A stretch of 64,000 nucleotides of DNA from IMG/VR virus record IMGVR_UViG_3300015241_000015, positions 1 to 64,000 of that record; one strand, given 5' to 3'. The translations under genes were made by a program, and so were the position numbers. This document shows positions 49,059 through 58,415 of the stretch, piece after piece. Within the stretch, counting starts at the first letter, position 1. Each line of letters begins with the position of its first letter. This DNA is from a virus. The notes under the pieces are model-generated. The model searched no databases. It saw only the letters and a program-made list of their open reading frames with translations, and was not told the DNA's origin.

Positions 49059-49119
49059 AAATTGGGCCCGACGAGAAGTTGATCAAGGCGATCAAGGCGA
49101 TCAAGGAGTTCCGCCGCCT

Positions 49120-49305
49120 CTAACTGGGCCCTTCCAGGCGGTGGATGCGGGCCTCGTGGCTCTTGACGATCTCCAGAAAGTCCTTAGATATTCGCTCAAG
49201 GCTGGCGACTGAGCCTTGCAGTTCATGAACGTCCTTGGTCAGTAATTGGAGGCTTTCGGCCAAGGCGGCGTGGCGTTCTTCGATGGTTGGCTTGGGCTTG
49301 GACAT
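49120..49305 (-). CDS. Short coiled-coil protein, paralog 1
   Basis: KPTIEERHAALAESLQLLTKDVHELQ...HEARIHRLEG. Confidence 0.65.
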   Translation of the reverse strand: MSKPKPTIEERHAALAESLQLLTKDVHELQGSVASLERISKDFLEIVKSHEARIHRLEGPS

Positions 49306-49306
49306 C

Positions 49307-49534
49307 TTAAGTGAGTCCCTGGATGCGGTTGAGGCGGTGCTCGTGGGTCTTGACGATATCGACGACATCCGAGGTAATGCGGGTAAGGCTGGCAACGTCG
49401 GCAGTCAGGCTGGCGATATTGGCGGTGTTTTCACGGGTCAAGATTTGGAGTTCGTGAACGTCGGCGGTCAAGAGTTGCAGGCTCTCGGCAATGGCAGAAA
49501 GGCGTTCGTCGATGGTTGGCTTGGGGTCTGACAT
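49307..49534 (-). CDS. Short coiled-coil protein, paralog 2
   Basis: KPTIDERLSAIAESLQLLTADVHELQ...HEHRLNRIQG. Confidence 0.65.
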   Translation of the reverse strand: MSDPKPTIDERLSAIAESLQLLTADVHELQILTRENTANIASLTADVASLTRITSDVVDIVKTHEHRLNRIQGLT

Positions 49535-49785
49535 GAAATTATTATAATCTAAACGGCTCATCCCCGCATTTCCATGGGTGATTTTCAACAATATGCCGAC
49601 GGAATCCCGATTCGTTATCGAATCCCACTAAGTGGACTTCGTCGGCTTTTAAGCCCTTGATGGCGATGCAGAAACGGCAACAGATCTTGGCGGTGGGGTT
49701 GCCGATGACGCTTACTTTGACCGGTTCCCGCCACGGGATCGCCGGGAATTGCCTCTCCAGTTGCTCCTCGGTCATGTCGTTCTCC

Positions 49786-50181
49786 TTAAGGCTGGGGGTC
49801 TGATGATACCGATCGCGGTATGATCTTTTCGGCGACATCATTGACGTACTTGCTATTCCAGTCGATGGGCCAGTTCCCGCCCTGGGCGTTGAGCAAGATG
49901 TAGCGCAGCACATTCGTGCGCTCCTCCCCTGTAAACGTCACTTCTGGAAGCGGCTCCTGGGGCATTCGTTCTGCCGAGTTCTCCACAATCGAAACTTGGA
50001 TAAAACCACGAATATCCGAGCCTCGTGAGTAGACGAGATCGAAGATATAGGCCATGGCCAGTAGCCATGACCTGCGCTTCTCTACCGGCCAATTGGCGCC
50101 ACGTTCGGGGAGCGCCTCGATTAAGCCTCTGATTAGCGGGTGATGGGTGGGGTCGGTGTTCACAGGGTGTGGGTGGTCCAT
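49786..50181 (-). CDS. Hypothetical protein
   Basis: HPLIRGLIEALP...W...R..WL......FDLVY. Confidence 0.55.
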   Translation of the reverse strand: MDHPHPVNTDPTHHPLIRGLIEALPERGANWPVEKRRSWLLAMAYIFDLVYSRGSDIRGFIQVSIVENSAERMPQEPLPEVTFTGEERTNVLRYILLNAQGGNWPIDWNSKYVNDVAEKIIPRSVSSDPQP

Positions 50182-50418
50182 GGAATGAGATTGTAAGCCC
50201 AGAGGCCCTGAACAAGCGGCCCCTGGACCTTCTATGTATCCCACAGGGAAATCTACCACAGGCCGATCCTCGCTTGCAATTTTGATATGATGGAAAAGCC
50301 TTCTTTATGGACGGGTGATTTCGCTTTTGGGGATGGACAGCCCAGGGCGAAAAGGTTTCGTCCCTAAAAAGACGAAAGGCCCGATGTTCTGGGCCAATTC
50401 ATGAAGGAGGTGGAGCCA

Positions 50419-50523
50419 ATGGACCTTAAAAAGTCGTCCTGGTTCCGCGTCACGGTATCAATCGAATGGAGATTGATACTCGCGATCGCGGCACTGGTCT
50501 TCGTTCTGCTGCTGCTTAAATAA
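50419..50523 (+). CDS. 34-aa hydrophobic peptide, type I toxin-like (absent from the ORF track)
   Basis: AAGGAGGTG RBS; MDLKKSSWFRVTVSIEWRLILAIAALVFVLLLLK; terminator at ~50530-50566. Confidence 0.7.
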   Translation: MDLKKSSWFRVTVSIEWRLILAIAALVFVLLLLK

Positions 50524-50829
50524 CAGCAACCCTTGGGCGGTTCACCCTCCGTCCAGGGGCTTTTTTATTCTACCAGAGGCCGTTCGTCGCTTGCAATTTA
50601 TGATAAAGTTTTCGGGGTTTGGAGGGCGCCGTGACTTGGTCTGAATCGACGTTTACGGAGTGCGTAAAGGCCCAATGTGGATACTGTTTCCATCCCTCAT
50701 ACCACCCAATTGAATACTCGAAGACATTCGACGGGTGGATCCACGCGCACAAGAAATACAATTTGCATCAACGATGTGGCGCCAAGCTGCTTTGGGCCTT
50801 GCGGAAATCACGAAAGGACGCCGTCAAGA

Positions 50830-51084
50830 ATGCCTGATTTTCAGATCCATCCCGATAACAAATGCCCCAAATGTGGACACGAATTGCCCATGGCGAGCAG
50901 TCCTACGCACCCAGGAATGCGGCCCAAAGAAGGCGATCTGTCGATCTGCATTGGCTGTGGCGCCGGGTTGGTCTACACGGCCGACGGTCGAACCCGGCTC
51001 ATGACCATCCGCGAATTGGGCGAAAGCCCCGAAGTGCGGCGGCTGCAACGTTCACTCCGCGAGTTCCGGGCGGCAGGCAACTGA
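50830..51084 (+). CDS. Small zinc-finger protein
   Basis: CPKCG...P..GD.SICIGCG. Confidence 0.6.
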   Translation: MPDFQIHPDNKCPKCGHELPMASSPTHPGMRPKEGDLSICIGCGAGLVYTADGRTRLMTIRELGESPEVRRLQRSLREFRAAGN

Positions 51085-51518
51085 TGTCCAAAGTGCTTAG
51101 CCTGACTCAACCCTGGGCTTCCCTGGTCTGCCTGGGCGCCAAAAAGATCGAAACCCGCTCCTGGCACACCAATTATCGCGGCGGACTCCTGATCCACGCC
51201 AGCAAAGCCTATCCCAAGTGGGCCAAAGAATGCGAAGAGGAAGAGCCGTTCCTGTCCGCCCTGCGCCCCGGAGGCGTCTATTGTGAGCCAGCAGCCGTCT
51301 GCGGCCAGATCATTGGTCAATGTCGACTCGTGGATTGCATTCACACCCAGGCCGTGGCCCGCCTGAATCCACTCGAAGCCGAGTTTGGCGACTTTTCCCC
51401 GGGCCGCTATGCCTGGATACTCGAACAGGCTTCCTTCCTGTTCCACCCAATCCCCGCCAAAGGGGCTCTGGGCTTGTGGGAGCATCCATCATTGAATTGG
51501 AGCAAGATCGACACGTAA
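51084..51518 (+). CDS. ASCH domain protein
   Basis: LSLTQPWASL...GAKKIETRSW.TNYRG.LLIHAS...KGALGLW. Confidence 0.9.
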   Translation: MSKVLSLTQPWASLVCLGAKKIETRSWHTNYRGGLLIHASKAYPKWAKECEEEEPFLSALRPGGVYCEPAAVCGQIIGQCRLVDCIHTQAVARLNPLEAEFGDFSPGRYAWILEQASFLFHPIPAKGALGLWEHPSLNWSKIDT

Positions 51519-51698
51519 TCGCTCCAGGATCGTCCGTGTTCCACGCGCTGCAAAAACTGAGGCTACGGTATGTCGGCAACGCTTAAAACGCAAATTTGGA
51601 AGGGTGGCCCCAGGGCGAACAGGCCGTTTGGCGCTTGCAGATTTTGCGATATACTGAAAAGGCCCCTTGCTGGATGGACACCAACAAGAGGCCTGCTG

Positions 51699-51806
51699 TC
51701 ACCGCTTAAACAGCAGCAACAGCACTACGGCAACCAACTCCGCGATCACCAGAACCAGCCCTTCGGCCGATACGGTGATCCGGAGTTTGGACGTTTTCAA
51801 GTCCAT
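51699..51806 (-). CDS. 35-aa hydrophobic peptide, paralog of 50419..50523
   Basis: AAGGAGGTG RBS; MDLKTSKLRITVSAEGLVLVIAELVAVVLLLLFKR; downstream terminator. Confidence 0.7.
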   Translation of the reverse strand: MDLKTSKLRITVSAEGLVLVIAELVAVVLLLLFKR

Positions 51807-52845
51807 GGCTTACCCACCTCCTTCCAAACTGACCCGGTTTCTCGGGCCTCCCGTCCTCAGACGAAACCTTTGAGCGCCTTGAACCGGCGCGTCCGGCGAC
51901 GAAATAGCCAAATCAGAAGGAGGCAAGGCCATCACACCAGGGAAAGGGCGAACAAAAGGCGTAATTCTGGAGCCGTCTGTCTGGCAACCATGGATGAATA
52001 CAGCACGAAACAGCAAGTCGTTTTTAATATGGGGGCAATACCGTCACTCTCACCCCCGAAATCGCCAAAAATTAAGTCATTGAAAACAAACAGCCAAGTG
52101 CGGTCGCTCCACGGGCTGGATACAAAGAGTCATCGCAGCGGGAATGAGCCGGTTTTTGAGGCGTTTTCCACAGGGTATGACGCCGGATGTTTACGGCGAA
52201 AATTGAAGGTTTCGTATAGTACTATGCGAGTCTTTCCAGACCGAGGCAAATTGCACCATTTCTGGTGCAATTTAGTCAAATGAAGTTTTGTAGGAGACCC
52301 CACCCGAGTTAAATTTTGCATCGGGGATTCACCCGGTCGGGATTAAGAGTTTATACGGTGAAATCGCGAAATCGCCATTTGTGGTTTTAAAATGTTTTAG
52401 GGGTACGAATTTTTCCCCGAAAAGGTGGTTATGACTTTACATGAACTTAAGAACGAGTTGATAGGGGCTGGCGCCGAGATTTTGGAGCTTCAGCCGGGGT
52501 CAACCGTGCTCCTGGTCATCAACCGGAGGTGGGTTAGCGGGACCGCCCAAAAGGAAATCCGGGACGGCTTTGCCGCCGCCGGCGTTAAAGTGGTCATGGC
52601 TTTGGTGGCCGATGACCCGGATCAGGCCATCCGGGCTTTGAGGATCGGATGACTTGGACCTTCCCTCATATCAACCTCTGGTGGGAGAACGCAGCGTTGT
52701 TGTTGTTCCAAACTGTCTCGGTGGTCTTTCTGTGCAGGATGATGCTTTTGGTTTCGCGGCATGAACGTGAAATGCGGAAGCACCTGAAGGAGATCGAGGA
52801 GCTGAGAGATCAGGTCAACAAGCGCTGGCCAGATTGGAAATCACT

Positions 52846-53421
52846 ATGAAAAAGATCATCAGCCTATTCCAGCGAAACTATGACGGTGATCGCCTCGTCC
52901 GGGATGAAGTCGTTCCTGGCGCCGAGTGGGTCATCGCGGGCGAGGGAGTGGCAACGCGAAAGTTCGATGGCGCCTGTTGCATGGTGCGCGGCGGGAAACT
53001 CTTCAAGCGGTACGACGCCAAGGCTGGCAGGATCCCGCCAGCAGGATTTGAACCCGCCCAAGACCCGGATGAAACCACCGGACACCTTCCCGGCTGGCTC
53101 CCGGTGGGCGAGGGGCCGGAGGACCGCTGGTTCCGGGCGGCGCTCAAGACTAGGATGGAACTTGAGACGGCGATAGTATCTAAACTCGAAGATGGAACCT
53201 ATGAGGCTTGCGGACCCCACTTCCAGAGCAATACGGAGCAATGGCCGGAAGACGGTCTGATCACGCATGGCGCACGCAAACTGCCGGATGCCCCACGAAC
53301 CTTCGTGGAATTGCGCGAGTATCTGGAAGATGGAAAGATAGAGGGCATCGTGTGGCATCACCCCGACGGCCGCATGGTGAAGATCAAGGGAAAAGATTTC
53401 GGCTTCAAGCGGAGGCGATGA
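52846..53421 (+). CDS. RNA ligase-like nucleotidyltransferase (DUF5565-like)
   Basis: Motif I ATRKFDG; GTYE..GP; EGIVWH...KIK. Confidence 0.7.
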   Translation: MKKIISLFQRNYDGDRLVRDEVVPGAEWVIAGEGVATRKFDGACCMVRGGKLFKRYDAKAGRIPPAGFEPAQDPDETTGHLPGWLPVGEGPEDRWFRAALKTRMELETAIVSKLEDGTYEACGPHFQSNTEQWPEDGLITHGARKLPDAPRTFVELREYLEDGKIEGIVWHHPDGRMVKIKGKDFGFKRRR

Positions 53422-53638
53422 TGGCGAAGTGCCCCGACTGCAACAAGGACGCTTGGCTCAATGGGCGATCCGTGGCGCACCGCTTCCTCTATGGCCAAGG
53501 TAAGAACGCAGTGGAATTATGGGCGCTAGTAGCGGTCGGATATTGCTCGGCGTGCGATATTGAATTCTCGGTGGTGGGCGATGAGGAAGCCCAGGCCATT
53601 GAGGGGTATCTTAGAACTCAAGAAATGATGGGGGAGCC

Positions 53639-54043
53639 GTGAAGCGTAGAAACTTCCTGGAACTTATGGGGTGGAGTGTGGCCGGATCTTTACTGGTCCC
53701 CTCGACCCGTGTGTATTCATTCCCCAAGGTAATCCGCCGCTATACTACTCCGGATATGTGGTGGATGACCCGCGCATGTACGGGCAATGGTTGGTTCACA
53801 ACCGACAACGCCCTCTCGATTGAAGGTGCTTGCGAGATGACGGAGACCCTGCTCCGCACTCCTGATGGAAAGATTGAACGCATCCTAAAGGTCGGCGATC
53901 GGATAATCGATCACCAGCGTGACTGTCCAATTACGTTCTTGAATCTATCCCAAGACTGGATTACCAGAGCGACTTCGGACGCTCGCACGGAAGACATCTT
54001 GGCTTCGGGGCGGGTAGGGTGGTGGCTTCCGGCAGAGGAGTAA
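53639..54043 (+). CDS. Protein with a twin-arginine-like N-terminus
   Basis: MKRRNFL followed by a hydrophobic stretch. Confidence 0.55.
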   Translation: MKRRNFLELMGWSVAGSLLVPSTRVYSFPKVIRRYTTPDMWWMTRACTGNGWFTTDNALSIEGACEMTETLLRTPDGKIERILKVGDRIIDHQRDCPITFLNLSQDWITRATSDARTEDILASGRVGWWLPAEE

Positions 54044-54046
54044 AGA

Positions 54047-54373
54047 ATGAAACGTAGAAACTTCTTGCAGTGGATGACGGTAGGCGCGGCGGGGCTGGTA
54101 ATCCCGAATGCCCGGGTGTGGTCGTTCCCGAAAGAGATCAAGCGCTATGACGGTTCCAACTTCGCGTCGTATGGTGGCTTTATCCGGAACGTTGATCCCC
54201 TGCCCGATTCAATCTTTGTCAACGATCCTGCTTGGCTTATTCCAGAGAAATATCTAGGGCAAACCCCCATTGATTCTTTTTTCAAGACACGCCCCCTGAT
54301 GTTTCGTTTACGAGCGACTGAATTCAAAGGAGGAACTCCGATTGAAATTTGGGATCAAGAGCCCCTGCCGTGA
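54047..54373 (+). CDS. Protein with a twin-arginine-like N-terminus
   Basis: MKRRNFL; ~35-aa N-terminus shared with the previous gene. Confidence 0.55.
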   Translation: MKRRNFLQWMTVGAAGLVIPNARVWSFPKEIKRYDGSNFASYGGFIRNVDPLPDSIFVNDPAWLIPEKYLGQTPIDSFFKTRPLMFRLRATEFKGGTPIEIWDQEPLP

Positions 54374-54728
54374 TTGCCCGTTTCGCAGCGACGTTCGTCC
54401 GTACATTTGCAGTGCGCGTAGAATCGCCAAGGCTCTCGCCGATGACAACAACTGGTTCGCCTGTCACGAAACTACCGGCGTAAGCGCGGGCAAACGGATA
54501 AAAGTTGAGAACCATTCTCACTGCATGGGCGCCATGCGGGTCTTGTGGAGGTCCGGCCTCATCAATGTAGCCATGCGGTTGGCCCTGTATTTCGATCTAC
54601 TGAAACGCGAAGACCTGGACACCCCAGAGCCACCCGTCTTCGGTAGCCTCGAAGAGTTTCGCTGTCATCACGATGGCGATATCTTGCCAAGCAATAAAAA
54701 AAGGGCTACGCCGAAACAGTTAGCGTAG
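54342..54728 (+). CDS. Cys/His-rich phage protein (DUF6283-like)
   Basis: PCRDCPFR...FACHET...HCMGA. Confidence 0.6.
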   Translation: MKFGIKSPCRDCPFRSDVRPYICSARRIAKALADDNNWFACHETTGVSAGKRIKVENHSHCMGAMRVLWRSGLINVAMRLALYFDLLKREDLDTPEPPVFGSLEEFRCHHDGDILPSNKKRATPKQLA

Positions 54729-54731
54729 CCC
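54696..54731 (-). terminator. Terminator for the leftward secreted-protein pair
   Basis: A-run followed by GGGCTACGC...GCGTAGCCC. Confidence 0.65.
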
Positions 54732-54755
54732 CCGTCCCAGACCGGGACCGTTCCT

Positions 54756-56021
54756 TTAGTTGGTCACAAAAAATACGTCATAGGCAGTGCGTCCGACTTC
54801 CGACGCTTCGTCTCGCCGATCACGTTTTATGCCTTGATTGACCCGGGCCTTATAGCGGAACTGGTTTCCGAATTCGTCAGTCCGGCGTGATTCGCCATAT
54901 GCCAGACTGAGCGAGTAAACGCCCAGTTCCGGCAGGGTATGCAACTCTTCCGGTTGGGATATCCCGTCGTGGTTTGAGTCGATCCATAGGCGTAACCGCG
55001 AGAATACCGCGTCATTCTCGTCGATGATTCCATCTCCGTTGCCGCCCTGGTCCAGTTCGTCCCACTCGGCCAAAGCCAGAAATCCATTAGCGTGCCTAGT
55101 CTTATCCTGTGCCGCGAAATTGCTGAACAGGTCTTTGCCGCTATGCACCATGCCATCGCCTTCTGGTAAGGCAAGGAAGGCGTTATGGAAGCCAGCGGAT
55201 GTCCATGAAAGTTGGATTGGACGCCCATCGCCACGAATGTCAAAGGTTACTCCGTCGGCGAAAGAAGTCATATGAAAACCTTCGCCTTCGGTGTCGATGA
55301 GGATCGGATCACAGCCATCTCCAGTGCTCAGTAATGGGTCAATATTACCTTCATTTCCGCACTTTCCCCCCCCACCGCCGCCTCCGCCGCCTCCACCTGA
55401 AGGCGGTGGGTATTGGCTGGCTACTTGCAGATCGTCGCAAAGGCTACCGTGATTGGGGGCTTCAGTTCCAATACTATCTGGGATATTACGGCCTTGGTCG
55501 TTGGGTCCAGAGATTTGGTTCATAACAGTCTGGCCGGAGGATTGAGCGCCACCTGTTACATCCTTGAGGCCCATGCTATGGCCAATCTCGTGCATGGCAA
55601 CCTTCTTGAAAATGGTGCTATATCCAACTAAGGATGTGGGGTTATAGATTGGTTTCCCATCTGCTCCGTTATTGTTGATACCAATCGTTGTACTAGCAGA
55701 GTCAACACTGCTGGATGAATTTATCGTCGTTCTGGCGCCAGCAGTCGAGCCATCAGGAGTTGTTCCGTTATTCCAGGTCCAGTCTGGAGTCTGGGAACCG
55801 GTCGCTTCAGTGAATGTGACGTTGGAACCGTTGTGGGCATTTGCGGTGTTCCATTCGTCAAACCCTTGCCGAACTTGTGTTTTCTCTGTGTCTGATAAGT
55901 TTCCAAGTGAATAGGTGTGTGTGCTTCCTTGCGCCCAATTGACTCCTGTCGTGGCGGGACAATCGGCGAAAGCGAGCACGGGAGACACACTTAGGCATAG
56001 TACTGCTATGATATTTTTCAT
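54756..56021 (-). CDS. Secreted matrixin-like Zn metalloprotease with a Ca-binding C-terminal domain
   Basis: Signal peptide; HEIGHSMGL and Met-turn TVM; poly-Gly linker; DPILID...NGDGIIDEND...WIDSNHDG. Confidence 0.75.
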   Translation of the reverse strand: MKNIIAVLCLSVSPVLAFADCPATTGVNWAQGSTHTYSLGNLSDTEKTQVRQGFDEWNTANAHNGSNVTFTEATGSQTPDWTWNNGTTPDGSTAGARTTINSSSSVDSASTTIGINNNGADGKPIYNPTSLVGYSTIFKKVAMHEIGHSMGLKDVTGGAQSSGQTVMNQISGPNDQGRNIPDSIGTEAPNHGSLCDDLQVASQYPPPSGGGGGGGGGGGKCGNEGNIDPLLSTGDGCDPILIDTEGEGFHMTSFADGVTFDIRGDGRPIQLSWTSAGFHNAFLALPEGDGMVHSGKDLFSNFAAQDKTRHANGFLALAEWDELDQGGNGDGIIDENDAVFSRLRLWIDSNHDGISQPEELHTLPELGVYSLSLAYGESRRTDEFGNQFRYKARVNQGIKRDRRDEASEVGRTAYDVFFVTN

Positions 56022-56036
56022 AGATTTGTCCTCGTC

Positions 56037-56765
56037 TTATTTCGAGCAGGGGGCTGTGACGGCGGCCCGCAATTCAGTCAAGAAATTGCTCTCGTGGGTA
56101 AAGCTAGCGATGGCCGGTTGCTCGGTATCGGTTGCCCTAACCGAGTCCTGCGACCCTTTTCCCAGAGAGAATGCGCCGCCCCGGAACGCTAAATAAGTTT
56201 TGGTTTCCGGGAGATAACGCAAGAGCAAGGCGTAGCGGGTATTCAATGAGAATAAAGGAAATTCGCCCACGGTTGATGTAACAGAATGGCCGTTAACGGT
56301 AGCCCTGCCACCAGGGCGAGTGACAATGATATTGTCACCGGGATTGATCTGTCCTTTGACTACCGACTCAACATGAAAACTGCTGTCGGTGAAGAGAAAA
56401 TCTCCAGCCTCAACAATGGAACTCTCGGAGGCCGTGAATGACCCAACCACAACGGTATCGCTGTTATAGCAAGCGAAGCTAACTAGGTTGTGATCGGGAT
56501 AGGATGGAGGAGGTGGGCTGTTTTTGTCCCTTTCCCCAATGAGAATAAACGTTTGGACTCTGGTGTTTACGTCTCTGCCGGCGCTTATTTCTTCGAGAAT
56601 CTTCTTAGGCCCGTGGAACTCGTTATGAATCTTGGCATGGGCGGTCTTGATGACAATGGATGAAACCGGAGTGACCGGCTTTGGTGTAATCGTCTGGATC
56701 GTGGTCTGCTGTCCAAGTGCGCACATGGAGAGCAGTAGGACCGCGACGAGTGGGCAATATTTCAT
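56037..56765 (-). CDS. Secreted hypothetical protein
   Basis: Signal peptide; SD.VVVG, VE.V.KG, RPGG. Confidence 0.65.
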   Translation of the reverse strand: MKYCPLVAVLLLSMCALGQQTTIQTITPKPVTPVSSIVIKTAHAKIHNEFHGPKKILEEISAGRDVNTRVQTFILIGERDKNSPPPPSYPDHNLVSFACYNSDTVVVGSFTASESSIVEAGDFLFTDSSFHVESVVKGQINPGDNIIVTRPGGRATVNGHSVTSTVGEFPLFSLNTRYALLLRYLPETKTYLAFRGGAFSLGKGSQDSVRATDTEQPAIASFTHESNFLTELRAAVTAPCSK

Positions 56766-56896
56766 CGGGACTTCCTTCCTTTGGTTCCGAGTAAGTCTTG
56801 CAGCGTTCTAATTTAAACACAAAAATCTCTCGCTTGCAATTATCCAAGACTTGGAGTTCAATAGCACTGGTGTTTCGGTAACGGAAAGGCGCAAGA

Positions 56897-57202
56897 ATGC
56901 CGAAATTTTGGGTCAATGGGGTGGTAGCGGCGCGGGACGGTAAGCCGTATATTCAACTCTCCAATGAAAATGGCATGATCGCGCAATTGACGATGGTCGA
57001 TGCCCGGGCGGTGGCCATGGATATCTTGGTGATGTGCTCGCGCTCCGAGGCCGACGCCATGCTACTGAAGTTCTTTCGCAAAAACGATTTCCCGGAAAAC
57101 GCTGCCGGAGCCATGCTGGTGGACTTTCGTGACTTCCGCCACGACTTGGATATGGAGACAAGCAAAAGATTCGAGGGCGACCCCGAGGACGGGCAAATAT
57201 GA
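56897..57202 (+). CDS. Hypothetical protein
   Basis: First gene of the rightward operon leading to the Cas12-like gene. Confidence 0.6.
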   Translation: MPKFWVNGVVAARDGKPYIQLSNENGMIAQLTMVDARAVAMDILVMCSRSEADAMLLKFFRKNDFPENAAGAMLVDFRDFRHDLDMETSKRFEGDPEDGQI

Positions 57203-57708
57203 ACGCCCAGCAAGCACAGGTGGACCAGAATTTGCAGGAGATCGCCGAGATTCTATTGGCGAAAGTCAAGGAAGGCATGGTGAATGACGCTGTGGTTCCG
57301 CCGACTATCTTCCTTGGCACTGCGGACGGCAAGATCCACACCTGCTTCCTGGATTTTGGAGACGATGAAACGAAACGCACGAGCTGCCTTCAAGCCACGC
57401 AGTTGGCGCGCGAGATTCATGCCGTCACCGGTTTCTTCGTTACGGATATGTGGATGAAATGCGGGACATGTTTACCTGAAGAAACGCCGCGCCAAGCCAT
57501 GGAGCGCGATGCCAGAGAGAGAGCCGGAGTCCGCATAAGCGAACTGCCCGACAAGCGCGAGGCGATCGTGGTTGTGGCTATGGGGCCAGGAGTGAAGAGT
57601 TTCACTTTGAGTTTAGAGCACTGGAAGGAAGGCTCTGTTGTGCGCTTTGGTGAGCCCATACTGTTTGACGGCGTGATCTGCGACCTGTTTCCGCCATGGT
57701 GGGATTGA
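57199..57708 (+). CDS. Hypothetical protein
   Basis: ATGA overlap; D.W...PDKREAI. Confidence 0.6.
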   Translation: MNAQQAQVDQNLQEIAEILLAKVKEGMVNDAVVPPTIFLGTADGKIHTCFLDFGDDETKRTSCLQATQLAREIHAVTGFFVTDMWMKCGTCLPEETPRQAMERDARERAGVRISELPDKREAIVVVAMGPGVKSFTLSLEHWKEGSVVRFGEPILFDGVICDLFPPWWD

Positions 57709-57709
57709 A

Positions 57710-57985
57710 ATGAATGAGTTGGAAAAGCTTTGTATCTACTGCGAAGAGATGACAACCGATGACGACCGGGTTCTATTGCGCGATGGAGCCGCATACCATC
57801 GAGCCTGCTTCCTGCGCCAGTTCCTGGGGGGAGTCGCGCACATTGAGAGGCGTTGCTCGTGCTTCGTGGAAGGCGCCGAAGAGATCGATCCTCCTGGAGT
57901 CACCTTGCGCCAAGGGGCTATGCTGGCGCTCGAAGCCCATCAGCGGCAATTACAGGCCAGAGAACAGCGGCATAAGGACAACTGA
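57710..57985 (+). CDS. Small Cys/His protein
   Basis: CIYCEE...HRAC.LR...G...H...RCSC. Confidence 0.6.
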   Translation: MNELEKLCIYCEEMTTDDDRVLLRDGAAYHRACFLRQFLGGVAHIERRCSCFVEGAEEIDPPGVTLRQGAMLALEAHQRQLQAREQRHKDN

Positions 57986-57986
57986 C

Positions 57987-58415
57987 ATGGGAATCGGCAG
58001 TTACATCTTGGACGATCAAGGCAATCCGGTCATTGAGGCGAATCTCGACAAGTGGGCACGGTGGTTTGAACGCCTGGAGAATAGGGTATTGCGATCCGAC
58101 CATGTCGGCGAGGTTCACGTATCCACAGTATTCCTAGGGGTAGATCACTCTTTTTCATCTGCCCCTAAGCCGATCCTATGGGAGACCATGATCTTTGGCG
58201 GTCACTACGACCAGCGCCAATGGCGTTACGATAGCCGCGAGGCCGCTGAAAAAGGCCACCGGAAAGCGCTGAAGCTAGTAACGGATCGGGCCAAGAAAAT
58301 ATCAGAAGCAGTTAGAGTCATTGAAACGGCGGCCAAGCGTGTGGGGATAGAGGATCCCCACGTAGTCGTTGTAGATCCGAGAGAGAAGAAAGATAGAAAG
58401 GTAAGACCAAAATGA
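57987..58415 (+). CDS. Conserved-looking phage hypothetical protein
   Basis: VSTVFLG.DH...P.LWETMIFGG...QWRY.....A..GH. Confidence 0.65.
   Translation: MGIGSYILDDQGNPVIEANLDKWARWFERLENRVLRSDHVGEVHVSTVFLGVDHSFSSAPKPILWETMIFGGHYDQRQWRYDSREAAEKGHRKALKLVTDRAKKISEAVRVIETAAKRVGIEDPHVVVVDPREKKDRKVRPK

Noticed and set aside
49349-49360. Self-target of spacer CTTGACGATTTC (11/12 match)
   Set aside because: Expected by chance for a 12-mer in this much sequence. No convincing self-target was seen, though the search was by eye only.
51570-52283. 237-aa plus-strand ORF
   Set aside because: Non-protein-like composition; it overlaps the better-supported minus-strand peptide locus and its terminator.
55366-55410. 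CCG/CCA repeat tract
   Set aside because: It encodes the poly-Gly/Pro linker of the metalloprotease.
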